A stretch of DNA of 63,455 nt, the filler included, from Actinomycetota bacterium (GTDB lineage Bacteria > Actinomycetota > Actinomycetes > JAKEEW01): the NCBI GenBank assembly GCA_046725875.1. It is 6 parts of 6 records of this genome, joined end to end, with 100 filler letters (N's around TTAATTAATTAA, not from the genome) between each part and the next. Parts side by side here need not be neighbours in the genome. Positions count along the whole stretch, not along the records: positions 16,007 to 33,287 come from JBKOZJ010000003.1; 5 more parts are not named here. One strand, written 5' to 3'. Below are positions 19,573 through 29,384 of this stretch, in pieces; the first letter of the stretch is position 1; each line of letters starts with the position of its first letter. The notes beneath the pieces were generated by a model, which did not search any database, was not told where the DNA came from, and saw only the letters and a list, made by a program, of their open reading frames with translations. The translations under genes and the position numbers were made by a program.

Positions 19573-20217
19573 TTACCCTGCCGGCTCTGAGCCGCGTGCC
19601 TGCTCGGTGGTAGACCGTGCCTGTTCGCGGAGCTCCTGCCGGGTGGTCCGGGCGCCTGCCCGCGCGGCGTCGGCCACCTGTTGCCCACCTTCCCGGGCGG
19701 TGCTCTTGGCCTCGTCGACAACCTGCTGTGCCGACTCGGTCACCGATTCCTTTACCGGTTGGACGATGTCCTCTGTTCGGTCGGCAACCTGGCGAGCGGC
19801 CTGCTTCTCGGTTCTGCTCGTCGGGATCAGCGTCGCCGCCAGCGCGCCGACACCCAGGGCGACGAGACCCGCAGCGAGTGGATTGCCCTGGGTCTGCTGC
19901 CTCACTTGCTGGGGGGCCGACTTCACGGCCTCGGTGGCTTGCTGTGCGGCACCGCTTGCGGTTTCCCCTACCCGGCTGGCAGCGTCCTGGACGGCGCCAC
20001 CCGCCTGCTCGGCCCGCCACCGGGCCTGACCGGTCGCGGATTCAGCGGACCCCATGACTCGCTCACGAGCGGTTCGGAATGCACCCCGAACTCGGTCGGC
20101 GCGGCGCTGAGCGATGCGGCGCGGACTGGTTCGGTCCGCAAGCCGGTCGACATCCGTGGCCAGCTTCTCTCGGGTCTGGTCGATCTCGGTCTTCATCTCG
20201 TCGGATGCCGTGCCCAT
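19573..20217 (-). CDS. DUF3618 domain protein
   Basis: EIDQTREKL..DVD.LADR.SP; QGNPLAAGLVA. Confidence 0.88.
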   Translation of the reverse strand: MGTASDEMKTEIDQTREKLATDVDRLADRTSPRRIAQRRADRVRGAFRTARERVMGSAESATGQARWRAEQAGGAVQDAASRVGETASGAAQQATEAVKSAPQQVRQQTQGNPLAAGLVALGVGALAATLIPTSRTEKQAARQVADRTEDIVQPVKESVTESAQQVVDEAKSTAREGGQQVADAARAGARTTRQELREQARSTTEQARGSEPAG

Positions 20218-20648
20218 TCCGCATCCTCCTTCAACGTTTCGATCGTGCGTTCCGGCTTGATGGAGACAGTTCGCAGGCGAGACCTGCCGGTGCTGTAGAG
20301 GACGAGGCCGATGAGGGCCCAGGCCCCACCGACCGCGAGCGCCGCCCAGCCGAGCGGGATCACGGCGCCAAGCCCGAACACCGCGGCAAGGGTGAGCAAG
20401 ATCACAACCATGTAACCTGCAAAGCCTGCCGCACCAAGTAGTCCTGCGGCCCTGGCGGACTTGGTGGCCTCTTCACGGATCTCGGTTTTGGCAAGCAAGA
20501 CCTCCTCTCGGAAGAGTCTTTGGAAGTCTTCGGTGACTTCGCTGATCAGTTCGCCCAGGCTGGGCTCCTGCTGGCCCTCTCCGAACTCCTGCGCTGGCTC
20601 GCGCAGGTCCTGTGATCGTGTGTCTTGTGCGTCGCCATGGATGGACAT
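20193..20648 (-). CDS. Phage holin family (holin-X/YqjE-like) membrane protein
   Basis: SLGELI..VT.D..RLFR.E..LAK.E, two TMs, PERTIETLKED; usual partner of DUF3618. Confidence 0.88.
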   Translation of the reverse strand: MSIHGDAQDTRSQDLREPAQEFGEGQQEPSLGELISEVTEDFQRLFREEVLLAKTEIREEATKSARAAGLLGAAGFAGYMVVILLTLAAVFGLGAVIPLGWAALAVGGAWALIGLVLYSTGRSRLRTVSIKPERTIETLKEDAEWARHPTR

Positions 20649-20652
20649 CGAC

Positions 20653-21261
20653 TCACGAGCCTTCCGTGGTGCGGTCGCCTCGCGTCCCGTACTCGGGCTG
20701 CAGGGGCTCGGTAGTCTCATAGGCCCGCCCACCCTCGACGCCCGTTGTCATGGCGTACGGCCGGGTCGGAGCCTGCAGCTCGGGTCCGCGTTCCTGGGTG
20801 GGCTGACTCGCTGCCGCGGCCTTCGTCGCCCGTGCCAGGGCGAACCCGGCCAGGGCGGCTGCGGCCAGAAAGACGCCTGGGCGCCGACGTGCGAAGGCTT
20901 GTATGTCGTCCAGCACGCCTTGCACACCCTGCTGATCAAGGTACCCGGCGGCTCGCTGCACGTTCCCCGAGACTTGCTGGACGATGTCGCGTGCTGGCGA
21001 ATCTGGCTTCGCACCCTCGGCCATCGAGGACAGTTCATCGGACCAGGCTCTGAGGTTCTCGCTCAGCCGCCGGGTCTGCTTGTCGGCCTCCTCGGTCGCC
21101 CGCAGTCTCACTCGGTCGGTTGCTTGTCGCGTTTGCCCTTGCGCCTCCGCGACTACCGTCTTGGCCTGCTCTCGCGCCGTGCCGGCTACCTGACGCGCCC
21201 CCTCCCGGGCCTCCTCGGCCGTGCTTCGGGATGCGGGATCTTGGTTCCCCCATTCACTCAC
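20653..21261 (-). CDS. Conserved hypothetical protein of the DUF3618/holin operon
   Basis: SD GGAGGAGG; Ala/Gln-rich coiled region; FARRRPGVFL..A..AGF..AR. Confidence 0.8.
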   Translation of the reverse strand: MSEWGNQDPASRSTAEEAREGARQVAGTAREQAKTVVAEAQGQTRQATDRVRLRATEEADKQTRRLSENLRAWSDELSSMAEGAKPDSPARDIVQQVSGNVQRAAGYLDQQGVQGVLDDIQAFARRRPGVFLAAAALAGFALARATKAAAASQPTQERGPELQAPTRPYAMTTGVEGGRAYETTEPLQPEYGTRGDRTTEGS

Positions 21262-21304
21262 CTGGTGCCTCCTCCGAGACGTTGTGATGGACAGACCTGC
21301 GGCG

Positions 21305-21395
21305 GTACCCCGGCATGCGGCAACGACACCTCTTTACGCTGCAAGATGGCCGTGGCTGAGGCGGAATTCCTGTTTCGTCCGGCGAGGAAGGGAAT
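21305..21395. promoter_or_regulatory. Divergent SigB/SigF-type promoters
   Basis: Plus strand GTTT-N14-GGGAAT (21372-21395) before the hemerythrin gene; minus strand GGTGT-N~16-GGGTAC (-10 at 21305-21310) before the DUF3618 operon. Confidence 0.5.
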
Positions 21396-21433
21396 GAGCC
21401 CCGGTCTGATCGCAATCGCGCCGGAGGTGGCTC

Positions 21434-22006
21434 GTGGCTGCAGAGCGTCCCGAGACGATGGACGAGAACAACATCATTGACTTGCTGCTTCGCCAGCACG
21501 TCGAAATACGCCGCCTGTTCTTGGAGGTGGACAGCGCCCCGCTTGATCAACGTGCCGACGCGTTCGATCGGCTGCGGCGGTTCCTTGCCGTGCACGAGAC
21601 CGCCGAGGAAGAGATCGTTCACCCCATCGCGAGGCGGAAGGATGAGGCCATATCGCAGATCGTCGATGCCCGGCTGCAAGAGGAGAACGAGGCCAAGAAG
21701 ACGCTGGAGGCTCTGGAAAGTCTTGGACCGGAATCCCCCGAGTTTCCCGAGCTGTTCTCCGTCCTCCGGCGCAGTGTGCTTGCTCATGCCGAGCACGAGG
21801 AACGCGAGGAGTTCCCTACGCTTCGAGAGAGCCTCGACGAGACGAGATCACGGGGGATGGCCGCGGCGGTGAAGGCTGCGGAGGCGATGGCGCCGACCCA
21901 TCCGCACGCTGGCGTGGAATCCGCGACGGCCAATATCCTCGTCGGTCCGTTCGTCTCCATGATGGACCGGACCCGGGATGTCCTCCGCCGAGCGACCCGG
22001 GACTAA
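21434..22006 (+). CDS. Hemerythrin-like (HHE) domain protein
   Basis: QH..IRRLF, HETAEEEIVHP, HAEHEEREEFP, APTHPH. Confidence 0.9.
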   Translation: MAAERPETMDENNIIDLLLRQHVEIRRLFLEVDSAPLDQRADAFDRLRRFLAVHETAEEEIVHPIARRKDEAISQIVDARLQEENEAKKTLEALESLGPESPEFPELFSVLRRSVLAHAEHEEREEFPTLRESLDETRSRGMAAAVKAAEAMAPTHPHAGVESATANILVGPFVSMMDRTRDVLRRATRD

Positions 22007-22238
22007 GGGATCACTGAGCGGACGGCCTCGGACGGCGTCGCCCTCCGAGGGTTTACGTCACCTCGACCGACGCCGTTCGCGTCGTCCCGGTAGATCCCGA
22101 AGCCAGGCAAGTCGTCTTTGACGACCTTGTAGGGCGCCGGGGTGCCGGGCGCGCCGGGTTGGGGTGAGCGCAGGTAGGGACCTTGGCTTTGACCCGTCCG
22201 CCTGCGCCAACAACGATCGATCACCAGGACGCTGAAGG

Positions 22239-22523
22239 TCACACGGGGTCGAGGAGGTAGACCTCGGGGCGACCGTCTTCCCAGGCGTCGAAGTCGTCGC
22301 TCTGGACCGCTGCCCGCATTCCCGGCACGCCGGCCCGGAACGCGTCCTCCGACTCCCAGATCGCCAAACCGACCAGCGTGCCGGTCTCGCGGTCGCGCAG
22401 CGTGTGCGCCTCCCTGAGTCCTGGAATCGGACTGTCATTCGCCTGGCCGAACCGATGCATCGAGTCGATGAGATCGCTCTCCTTGCCCGGCTTCGGCCGG
22501 TGGATCGAGAGGTGAACGAACAC
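22239..22523 (-). CDS. ABM-like dimeric alpha/beta barrel protein
   Basis: SD AAGGAGGAGG before GTG; SIHRPKPG, LVGLAIWES. Confidence 0.7.
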   Translation of the reverse strand: MFVHLSIHRPKPGKESDLIDSMHRFGQANDSPIPGLREAHTLRDRETGTLVGLAIWESEDAFRAGVPGMRAAVQSDDFDAWEDGRPEVYLLDPV

Positions 22524-22608
22524 GACGGCCTCCTCCTTCGATGGACGCGGGAAGCCTATGACGGGCTCCATCCAGCTCGGGCGAGGGCGCAGGAGCGGGA
22601 CCTGACGG

Positions 22609-22977
22609 CTATTGCCGGAGGACGGCCAGAATGTTGCCGGCGGGGTCGGCGAACCAGGCGATCGCCACTCCCATGGCCCGACTAATTCCCTTCTCGTCTT
22701 GATCGAAGCCCTCATAGCGCACAAACGTGACACCCCGGCTGCTCAGCTCGTCAACCGCCGCGTCCACGTCCTCCACCGGGAAGTTGAGGACCGTGTAGGT
22801 AGCCGGGATGTAGTCAGGCTTGGGATAGATCATTACGTCCCGGTCACCTGCGATGTGGAGCATCAGCACGCCATCGCTCTCGTCCACTGGGATGCCCAGC
22901 GTCTGGCTATAGAAGGACTTGACCTTCGCCAGGTCGTCCACGGCGAACGAGCTGAACGCCTTGGTCTTCGCGAACAT
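22609..22977 (-). CDS. VOC/glyoxalase family protein
   Basis: SD AGGAGGAG; AFSSFAVDD, TYTVLNFPV.DVD, IAWF.DPAGNIL. Confidence 0.92.
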   Translation of the reverse strand: MFAKTKAFSSFAVDDLAKVKSFYSQTLGIPVDESDGVLMLHIAGDRDVMIYPKPDYIPATYTVLNFPVEDVDAAVDELSSRGVTFVRYEGFDQDEKGISRAMGVAIAWFADPAGNILAVLRQ

Positions 22978-23206
22978 AGCTCCTCCTAAGTGTGCGGCTC
23001 GGCGGGTCATCCCGCCGGCGACCGCGTCCATACGAAAGACTCTCAAGGTTGACGGCGCAACGAGCCCCAATTCATCGGCACATCACCAAACCATCCGATG
23101 CGCGATCCGCACTTGTCGCCCAGCACGCACCAAAGCGGCCGCCTCGTTCATCGGAGGCGGCCGCTTTAGTCCTATCCCAGCTGCGGCGGTTGGTGTCAAA
23201 GCCCGC

Positions 23207-23857
23207 CTAGGACTTATCGGCGGCCGCCTCGTCGGGCGAAGCCCCGGCCTTGTCTGCACTGGACCGTGTCGTGCCATGCTCCGATGACCCGCGCCCAGCC
23301 TGAGACGTAGACGCGGATGAGGCGCTGGACGTCGCGGCCCTTCGCGACGAAGACGATGTCCCGCCTGTGCTCGCTGCCTCATGGACCGGCTCGGCGGCGG
23401 TGGCGAACGGCTCCTCCGACCCGTCCTGCATCCACTCCGGGCCGCGGGAGCGCTTAGTGATAGCGTAGCTGGCCGCGGCGGCGGCAGCGCTTAGACCGCC
23501 GACAGCGATTGCCGTGTTGCGTAGCTTGTGCGACTTGCGCGCCTTCTCGGCTGCGCTGTACTCGCCGAGGAGCGCGTGCCACATTGCCACACTGCGGGCC
23601 GCGGCCTCGGCGCGCGCCGGCCTGGAGCGCTCGGTGGCCGCGGCCATCAGACCGGCCACCATCGGAAGTAGGTCTTCGCTAACCTTCGTGCGAGCTGCCT
23701 CCACGCGCGGGGCGATGGCGCTACCTGCGCTTTGGACCTTCGGCTTGGTCACGGCCTGGGCCTTGTACGCGGCCTCGGCGGCGCGGTTGCGTGCCTTTAT
23801 CGCCTTGAAGCGAAGGCGGTCGGTGCGGCTTTCCTGGGTTCTCCCGAACCGGAACAC
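23207..23857 (-). CDS. Hypothetical Ala-rich membrane-anchored protein (DUF5324-like, divergent from ppiA)
   Basis: SD GGAGG before GTG; single TM followed by P.W; conserved position opposite ppiA. Confidence 0.65.
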   Translation of the reverse strand: MFRFGRTQESRTDRLRFKAIKARNRAAEAAYKAQAVTKPKVQSAGSAIAPRVEAARTKVSEDLLPMVAGLMAAATERSRPARAEAAARSVAMWHALLGEYSAAEKARKSHKLRNTAIAVGGLSAAAAAASYAITKRSRGPEWMQDGSEEPFATAAEPVHEAASTGGTSSSSRRAATSSASSASTSQAGRGSSEHGTTRSSADKAGASPDEAAADKS

Positions 23858-24091
23858 TGGAACCTCCGGGTGGTCGGTGGTCTCCGTAGTCGAGATCAAC
23901 TCTAAGGAAACAGCAAACTTGACGCTAATTCCCGGTTGCCTTGCAGTCATGCGGCCGGTTGGGTGGTGAGGGCACTCGACCTCGCGTGGCCGATTGGCTC
24001 AGGCCGTGCGAGGATGCATTAACCGCGCCGGTGTTCCCCGTACGCCTCGGCGCAATGGGTGCTGGTGTCGTACGAGTAGAGGGACCGAAGC

Positions 24092-24643
24092 GTGGCCGAG
24101 GAGCTGTTCGCGATCATCTCGACCAATGTCGGGGACATCGAGCTAAAGCTCTTCCCGGACCGGGCGCCCAAGACGGTCAGGAATTTTGTCGAGCTCGCCA
24201 CCGGGACTAAGGAGTGGACCGATCCACGGACCGGGAGACCGACGACCGAGCCGCTCTACAACGGCACGATCTTCCATCGGGTGATCAATGGCTTCATGAT
24301 CCAAGGCGGCGATCCGCTCGGCACCGGTACCGGCGGTCCCGGTTACCGCTTCGCGGACGAGTTTCATCCCGAGCTGTCGTTCGACCGTCCCTATCTGCTC
24401 GCCATGGCGAACGCGGGGCCGAACACCAATGGCTCCCAGTTCTTCGTGACGGTCGCGCCGACCAAGTGGCTCAACTTCAAGCACACGATCTTCGGTGAGG
24501 TCGTTGACGGCGGGAGTCGCGAGGTCGTCGACCGGATCAGCAACACGCCCATCGGGGCAATGGACCGGCCGCTCGAAGACGTGGTCATCAATACGATCCG
24601 AGTGGAACGCCGGGAGAACACGACAAATGAGAGACCCACGTGA
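24092..24643 (+). CDS. ppiA: Cyclophilin-type peptidyl-prolyl isomerase
   Basis: [43 protein letters not shown]. Confidence 0.97.
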   Translation: MAEELFAIISTNVGDIELKLFPDRAPKTVRNFVELATGTKEWTDPRTGRPTTEPLYNGTIFHRVINGFMIQGGDPLGTGTGGPGYRFADEFHPELSFDRPYLLAMANAGPNTNGSQFFVTVAPTKWLNFKHTIFGEVVDGGSREVVDRISNTPIGAMDRPLEDVVINTIRVERRENTTNERPT

Positions 24644-25530
24644 CCGCTGAGCCAGCGATGACGGGCGACGAACCCGGCCAAGCGGCGGAGGTCACACCGA
24701 CCTGCTATCGCCATCCCGGGCGAGAGACGCACATCCGATGCACGAGGTGTGAGCGCCCGATCTGTCCCGACTGCATGATCAGCGCCGCCGTCGGTTTCCA
24801 ATGCCCCAACTGTGTACGGGACGGCGGCCGCACGGTCCGCGAGGCCCGCACCCAGCTCGGTGGTCGCATCCATCGGCGGTCCGACCTCGTGACCCGGATC
24901 ATCATCGGCGTCAACATCACCGTCTTCATCCTCGCCAGCATCGGCGGCCGAGCTTTCCAGGAGCGCCTCTCGCTGCTCGGTAACGCCGGCTTCCTCGCCT
25001 CCAGCGGCGGCCCGGCCGGGGTCGCCCAGGGCGAGTGGTATCGCCTGATCACGGCGGCGTTTCTGCACGTCCAAATCGCCCATCTCGCCCTGAACATGAT
25101 TGCCCTGTGGCTGTTCGGTCCTCAGCTCGAGGCGGTCTTGGGACGGTGGCGGTTCCTGATGCTCTACATCTTGTCCGCGCTCGGCGGTTCGGTCGTCTCC
25201 TACCTGTTCAACCCGCCGAACCAACAGTCCCTCGGGGCGTCTGGCGCGATCTTCGGCCTGCTCGGGGCGATGCTGGTGATCGCGAACCGGCTGCGTTTCG
25301 ATGCGAGATCGGTCGCCATCCTTATCGCGCTCAACTTGGCCTTCGGCTTTTTCGTCGCGGGCATTGACTGGAAGGCGCATGTCGGCGGGCTAGTCACCGG
25401 GGGAGTCGTGGCGAGCGTTTTCGCATACGCACCGAAGGCTCGACGTACCGAGATTCAAGTGGCCAGCTGTATCGGCGTACTTGGGATTCTCATCGCCCTC
25501 GTGGTCCTGCGCACATCTCAACTTACCTAG
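24640..25530 (+). CDS. Rhomboid intramembrane serine protease with N-terminal Zn-binding domain
   Basis: CYRHP...[27 protein letters not shown]. Confidence 0.95.
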   Translation: MTAEPAMTGDEPGQAAEVTPTCYRHPGRETHIRCTRCERPICPDCMISAAVGFQCPNCVRDGGRTVREARTQLGGRIHRRSDLVTRIIIGVNITVFILASIGGRAFQERLSLLGNAGFLASSGGPAGVAQGEWYRLITAAFLHVQIAHLALNMIALWLFGPQLEAVLGRWRFLMLYILSALGGSVVSYLFNPPNQQSLGASGAIFGLLGAMLVIANRLRFDARSVAILIALNLAFGFFVAGIDWKAHVGGLVTGGVVASVFAYAPKARRTEIQVASCIGVLGILIALVVLRTSQLT

Positions 25531-25610
25531 GTGCTACGTGCGCACTGGCTCGTGTGACACGCGACGATGATCAGGCGCAGCCGCATGCGCCGACGGAACC
25601 ACACCGAGGG

Positions 25611-25684
25611 TGTGACCCTCGTCACATTACGTATCCCCATCTGTGGATTACTGCTGGGGACACGACAAGCCCGGCTGGGGACAA
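25611..25684. promoter_or_regulatory. CRP consensus site followed by four DnaA-box-like 9-mers
   Basis: TGTGA-CCCTCG-TCACA (25611-25626); GTATCCCCA 25631, TGTGGATTA 25642, TGGGGACAC 25655, TGGGGACAA 25676. Confidence 0.7.
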
Positions 25685-25694
25685 CGGTCCAGCG

Positions 25695-25955
25695 TCACTT
25701 CCACCGGGTCGAGACGGCGAAACCGGCCGCGATGAATGCAAAGCCGACCAGCAGGTTCCAGTTGTGCAGGTCGGTGATGAGCGGGACGTCCTTGTCGGAA
25801 GCGTTTACTACATAGAAGGTCACGAGCCAGGCCAGTCCGAACAACAGCAGGCCGACCATCAGCCCAGCGACCCACGGCGGGCTCTCGAGCCTGACCGGCG
25901 CCTTCTCGGGCGGCGGGGTAAAGGCGGTCTTGCGCCGCAGGCGAGACTTTGGCAT
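25695..25955 (-). CDS. crgA: Cell division protein CrgA
   Basis: MPKSR.R.K, SP.W, two TMs, WNL.VGF..I..G....T.WK. Confidence 0.96.
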   Translation of the reverse strand: MPKSRLRRKTAFTPPPEKAPVRLESPPWVAGLMVGLLLFGLAWLVTFYVVNASDKDVPLITDLHNWNLLVGFAFIAAGFAVSTRWK

Positions 25956-26092
25956 CGGGGACTCACTCCTCTAAGGGCGGGATCGGACGATCGCCGGCGA
26001 TGGCAGCCCCGCCAAGCGCCCGGCCGGTCGTCCTGCGTCGGTTAGCGTAACCCCATTCTCGCCGTACGGCTCACGTTGGAGGTCCCGGGACG

Positions 26093-26836
26093 ATGGCGAC
26101 GAGGCCAGTGGCGCTCGGCTGGCGGGTAGGTGTTCCCGTCGTCGCCCTGCTCGCTGGCCTCATCTTCGCCGTCACTGGAGAGGCGTCCAGAGGTACGGAT
26201 CTACGCGGTGGCCGTTCCACCCGCCTGGTCGACCTCATCGAGGACGTCGAGCAGGGCAATGCCCGCTTGGCGGGGGATGTATCTGCCCTGCGCGAGCAGG
26301 TGGCGGATCTGTCGGTGAGCTCGACCGATGAGCGGGCCTTAGCTTCTCGGGCACGGGCCGAGCGACTCGCCCAGTCGGCCGGTCTCACCCCGGTGTCGGG
26401 CCCAGGGCTGACCGTGACCCTTGATGACGCACCGCCCGACGCGATCGACCGGGCGTATCCAGGCCTGCCGGACCCGAGTCCAGACGATCTTGTCGTCCAC
26501 CAGCAGGACGTGCAGGCGGTGGTCAACGCACTTTGGGCCGGCGGTGCCGAGGCGATCCAGCTCATGGACCAGCGGGTGATCTCGACGAGCGCGGTGCGCT
26601 GCGTCGGGAACACGCTTATTCTTCAAGGTCGCGTCTACTCCCCGCCGTACTCCATCACTGCGGTGGGCGACACCGACCGGCTGATTGGTGCGTTGAACGA
26701 GTCGACCGCGGTGCAGTACTACCAGCAGTACGTCACCGCTTACGGTCTGGGCTATCGGGCAGAAAAGAGATCAGGCGTGACGATCCCGGCATACACCGGC
26801 GCGCTCGAACTCCGGTATGCCTCAGCAGAGGACTGA
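26093..26836 (+). CDS. DUF881 family protein
   Basis: GPGLTVTLDDAP, VVHQQDVQAVVNALWAGGAEA, RCVGNT. Confidence 0.95.
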   Translation: MATRPVALGWRVGVPVVALLAGLIFAVTGEASRGTDLRGGRSTRLVDLIEDVEQGNARLAGDVSALREQVADLSVSSTDERALASRARAERLAQSAGLTPVSGPGLTVTLDDAPPDAIDRAYPGLPDPSPDDLVVHQQDVQAVVNALWAGGAEAIQLMDQRVISTSAVRCVGNTLILQGRVYSPPYSITAVGDTDRLIGALNESTAVQYYQQYVTAYGLGYRAEKRSGVTIPAYTGALELRYASAED

Positions 26837-26838
26837 GC

Positions 26839-28413
26839 ATGGGACGCCATTCGACCGACGTCGACTCGGCCGCCATCGAAGGCCCGGACCTAGGCGGCAA
26901 GCCGAACGGGCCGGCCATGCCCGACCTTTCGTCAGGCTCGGTCGAGACCGGAACGACGAGCGAGCCGAGCCACGACGACTGGTTCACCCCGAAGCGCCCG
27001 CCGACCACCAAACAACCTCCGTCCGGCGAGACGAGAGCGGCAGAAAGCGCGCCCGACCCGAGTGCGCCTGCCCGGGGCACCGCACCTCCGGATATGCCGA
27101 GCCCCGACGTTGTCCTGCCGGGTCCGCCGACGCCGAGCGGCTCCCCGAGCAGACCCGGCGCGCGCACCACCCCGCAGAGCCCGCCGACCCCAAGCACCAC
27201 CTCTGCGAGCACCGCCGGCCCGAGCCGGCTAGCGCCGAGCACCCCCATCGGGAGTGCAGAGGCAGCGACCGCGCCGATCGGAGTCGACCCCGCGCAGCGC
27301 GCGCTTTGGAGGCGCCGCCGGGACGCCGACGAGCCCAGGGTTTCCAATCCCGAATCACCTGCTGAAAGCGGCGGCTTCGCCCGTGCCCGGCCGTACACCA
27401 TGGACCGGTCCACCACCTACGGCGAGCCCAGCCGCTCCGCGGATCTGCGGCGCGGGTCCGCGTACACCAACAAGGAGAGCACTCCGAACGGCGGGGGGAC
27501 GGGTCAAACCGACACGCTGGTCGTGCGCGGGCTGTTCGGCAGGGTCAAGCACAACCCGATGCCTGGTCCGGCGGACCTCCCGGCAGACGGGCAGCGCAGG
27601 TTCCGGGTGGGTGGTGACTCGCCACCAACCGCGTCTGGACTGGCGCCGGCCAAGCCTCCCCCAGCCAGACCTGACCGGCCGCCGGCAGTGCCTGACGACC
27701 GACCAGCGGTCCCTCCCGTCGAGCCTCCGCACAAGTCGCGGGGCGCCGCCATCGTCCGAGGTGTCGGGGAGCTCCTGATCGCTCTCGGCGTCGTGATCTT
27801 GCTGTTCTGCGTCTATCAGCTCTTCTACACGAACCTTGAGTCCAACCGAGCCCAGGCGAAGATCAAGAATGGCCTCGAGCGGGACTGGACACCGCCGCAA
27901 CATGACCCGGACGCCAAGCCAGTGCCGGATGATTTCTCCGGGATCGGCGAGGACGATGCGTTTGCTTTGATGCACATACCGCGGCTCGGCTCCGACTGGG
28001 AGAAGCCGATCCTCGAGGGCGTCAGCCTGGACGACCTGGCGCGCGGACTCGGTCACTACCCGGATTCGGCGATGCCGGGCAAGGTCGGCAACTTCGCCGT
28101 GGCCGGCCACCGGGCGACCCACGGCGAGCCGTTCCGAAACCTCGACCGGCTCGAGGCAGGCGACGTTGTAATCGTCGAGACAGAGAACAGCTGGTACCGG
28201 TATGTCATTGATCGTCACCAGATCGTCGACCCGACCAACGTGGGCGTCGTGTTGCCTGTACCGAACGAGCCCGAGGCGGAGCCGACCGAGAAGCTAATCA
28301 CGTTGACGACCTGCCACCCGCGGTGGGCGTCGACCTATCGGCTGATCTACTGGGGTCACCTGGAGTCGGTGATGAGCAAGGCGGCCGGGACTCCGAACGA
28401 GCTGTTGAACTAG
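26839..28413 (+). CDS. srtE: Class E sortase with long Pro-rich N-terminal extension
   Basis: GELLI..GV..LLF TM; GHYP...PG.VGNFAVAGHR; ITLTTCHP...S..R. Confidence 0.92.
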   Translation: MGRHSTDVDSAAIEGPDLGGKPNGPAMPDLSSGSVETGTTSEPSHDDWFTPKRPPTTKQPPSGETRAAESAPDPSAPARGTAPPDMPSPDVVLPGPPTPSGSPSRPGARTTPQSPPTPSTTSASTAGPSRLAPSTPIGSAEAATAPIGVDPAQRALWRRRRDADEPRVSNPESPAESGGFARARPYTMDRSTTYGEPSRSADLRRGSAYTNKESTPNGGGTGQTDTLVVRGLFGRVKHNPMPGPADLPADGQRRFRVGGDSPPTASGLAPAKPPPARPDRPPAVPDDRPAVPPVEPPHKSRGAAIVRGVGELLIALGVVILLFCVYQLFYTNLESNRAQAKIKNGLERDWTPPQHDPDAKPVPDDFSGIGEDDAFALMHIPRLGSDWEKPILEGVSLDDLARGLGHYPDSAMPGKVGNFAVAGHRATHGEPFRNLDRLEAGDVVIVETENSWYRYVIDRHQIVDPTNVGVVLPVPNEPEAEPTEKLITLTTCHPRWASTYRLIYWGHLESVMSKAAGTPNELLN

Positions 28414-28456
28414 GACGTGACCCGCGCCTCGAGGGCGGACCACGGAGGGAAGTGGC

Positions 28457-28657
28457 ATGTACGGATGGATCTGGCGGCACATTCCCGGCCACTGGATCGT
28501 GAAGACGATCTGGTTCGTGACGGCGATCCTCTTCGTCGCCTGGCTGCTCTTCGAGTACGTTTTCCCCTGGATCGACCCGAGGCTCCCCTTCAACGACGTG
28601 ACCGTCGACAGCTCGACAGGCGCTAGTGCGTTCCCCGGCGGCGGAGGTGGCTCATGA
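28457..28657 (+). CDS. Small conserved membrane protein between sortase and pabA
   Basis: MYGWIWRH.PG, TM, VFPW; ATGA overlap with pabA. Confidence 0.8.
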   Translation: MYGWIWRHIPGHWIVKTIWFVTAILFVAWLLFEYVFPWIDPRLPFNDVTVDSSTGASAFPGGGGGS

Positions 28658-29289
28658 CCCGCATCCTCGTCGTCGACAACTACGACAGCTTCGTCTTCAA
28701 CCTGGTCCAATACCTCGGCCAGCTGGGCGCCGAGTGTGACGTCCGCCGCAACGACGAAGTGTCCGCGGGCGACGCGCGGTCGTACGACGGGGTCCTGCTC
28801 TCCCCTGGACCTGGCGTCCCCGAGAAAGCCGGCGTTTGCGTCCCGCTGATCGAGGAGTGCGCCCGTGACCTGCCGATCCTGGGCGTGTGCCTCGGTCACC
28901 AGGCGATCGGCGTGGCATTTGGTTGTACGGTCGGCCGCGCCCCGGAACTGCTGCATGGCAAGACGAGCCGGGTTCTGCACGAGGGTGCGGGGGTCCTGCA
29001 TCGGCTGCCGAGTCCGTTCACCGCGACGCGGTATCACTCGCTCGCGGTCGAACCGCAGACCGTGCCCCCCGAGCTCGAGGTGACCGGCCGGACTGAGGGA
29101 GGCGTGGTGATGGCGATGCGCCACCGCGACCTGCCGGTGGAGGGCGTTCAGTTCCATCCCGAGTCGGTCCTGACCGAGCACGGCCACCTGCTGCTGGCCA
29201 ACTGGCTCGCCCAATGTGGCGACCCGACCGCCGTCGACCGCGCCCGCGGCCTCGACCGCGCGTTCACGTTGGACCGCACCGCCTCCTAA
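28654..29289 (+). CDS. pabA: Aminodeoxychorismate/anthranilate synthase glutamine amidotransferase subunit
   Basis: VDNYDSF, SPGPG, GVCLGHQ, RYHSL, VQFHPES. Confidence 0.95.
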   Translation: MTRILVVDNYDSFVFNLVQYLGQLGAECDVRRNDEVSAGDARSYDGVLLSPGPGVPEKAGVCVPLIEECARDLPILGVCLGHQAIGVAFGCTVGRAPELLHGKTSRVLHEGAGVLHRLPSPFTATRYHSLAVEPQTVPPELEVTGRTEGGVVMAMRHRDLPVEGVQFHPESVLTEHGHLLLANWLAQCGDPTAVDRARGLDRAFTLDRTAS

Positions 29290-29384
29290 CACTGGAGGCG
29301 GCGAACCTCGCGCGCTCCAGTTCCGGACCCTCAGCCGATCACCCGAGGCCGCCCCACTCCGCGCCCTCGTGGCGTAGCTGGCGA

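Noticed and set aside
20193..20648. Prophage suggested by a holin-family gene
   Set aside because: Holin-X with DUF3618 is a common chromosomal operon; no phage structural or replication genes are nearby.
22003..22242. 79-aa minus-strand ORF overlapping the ABM gene stop
   Set aside because: No recognisable motif; it could be a gene fragment but cannot be supported.
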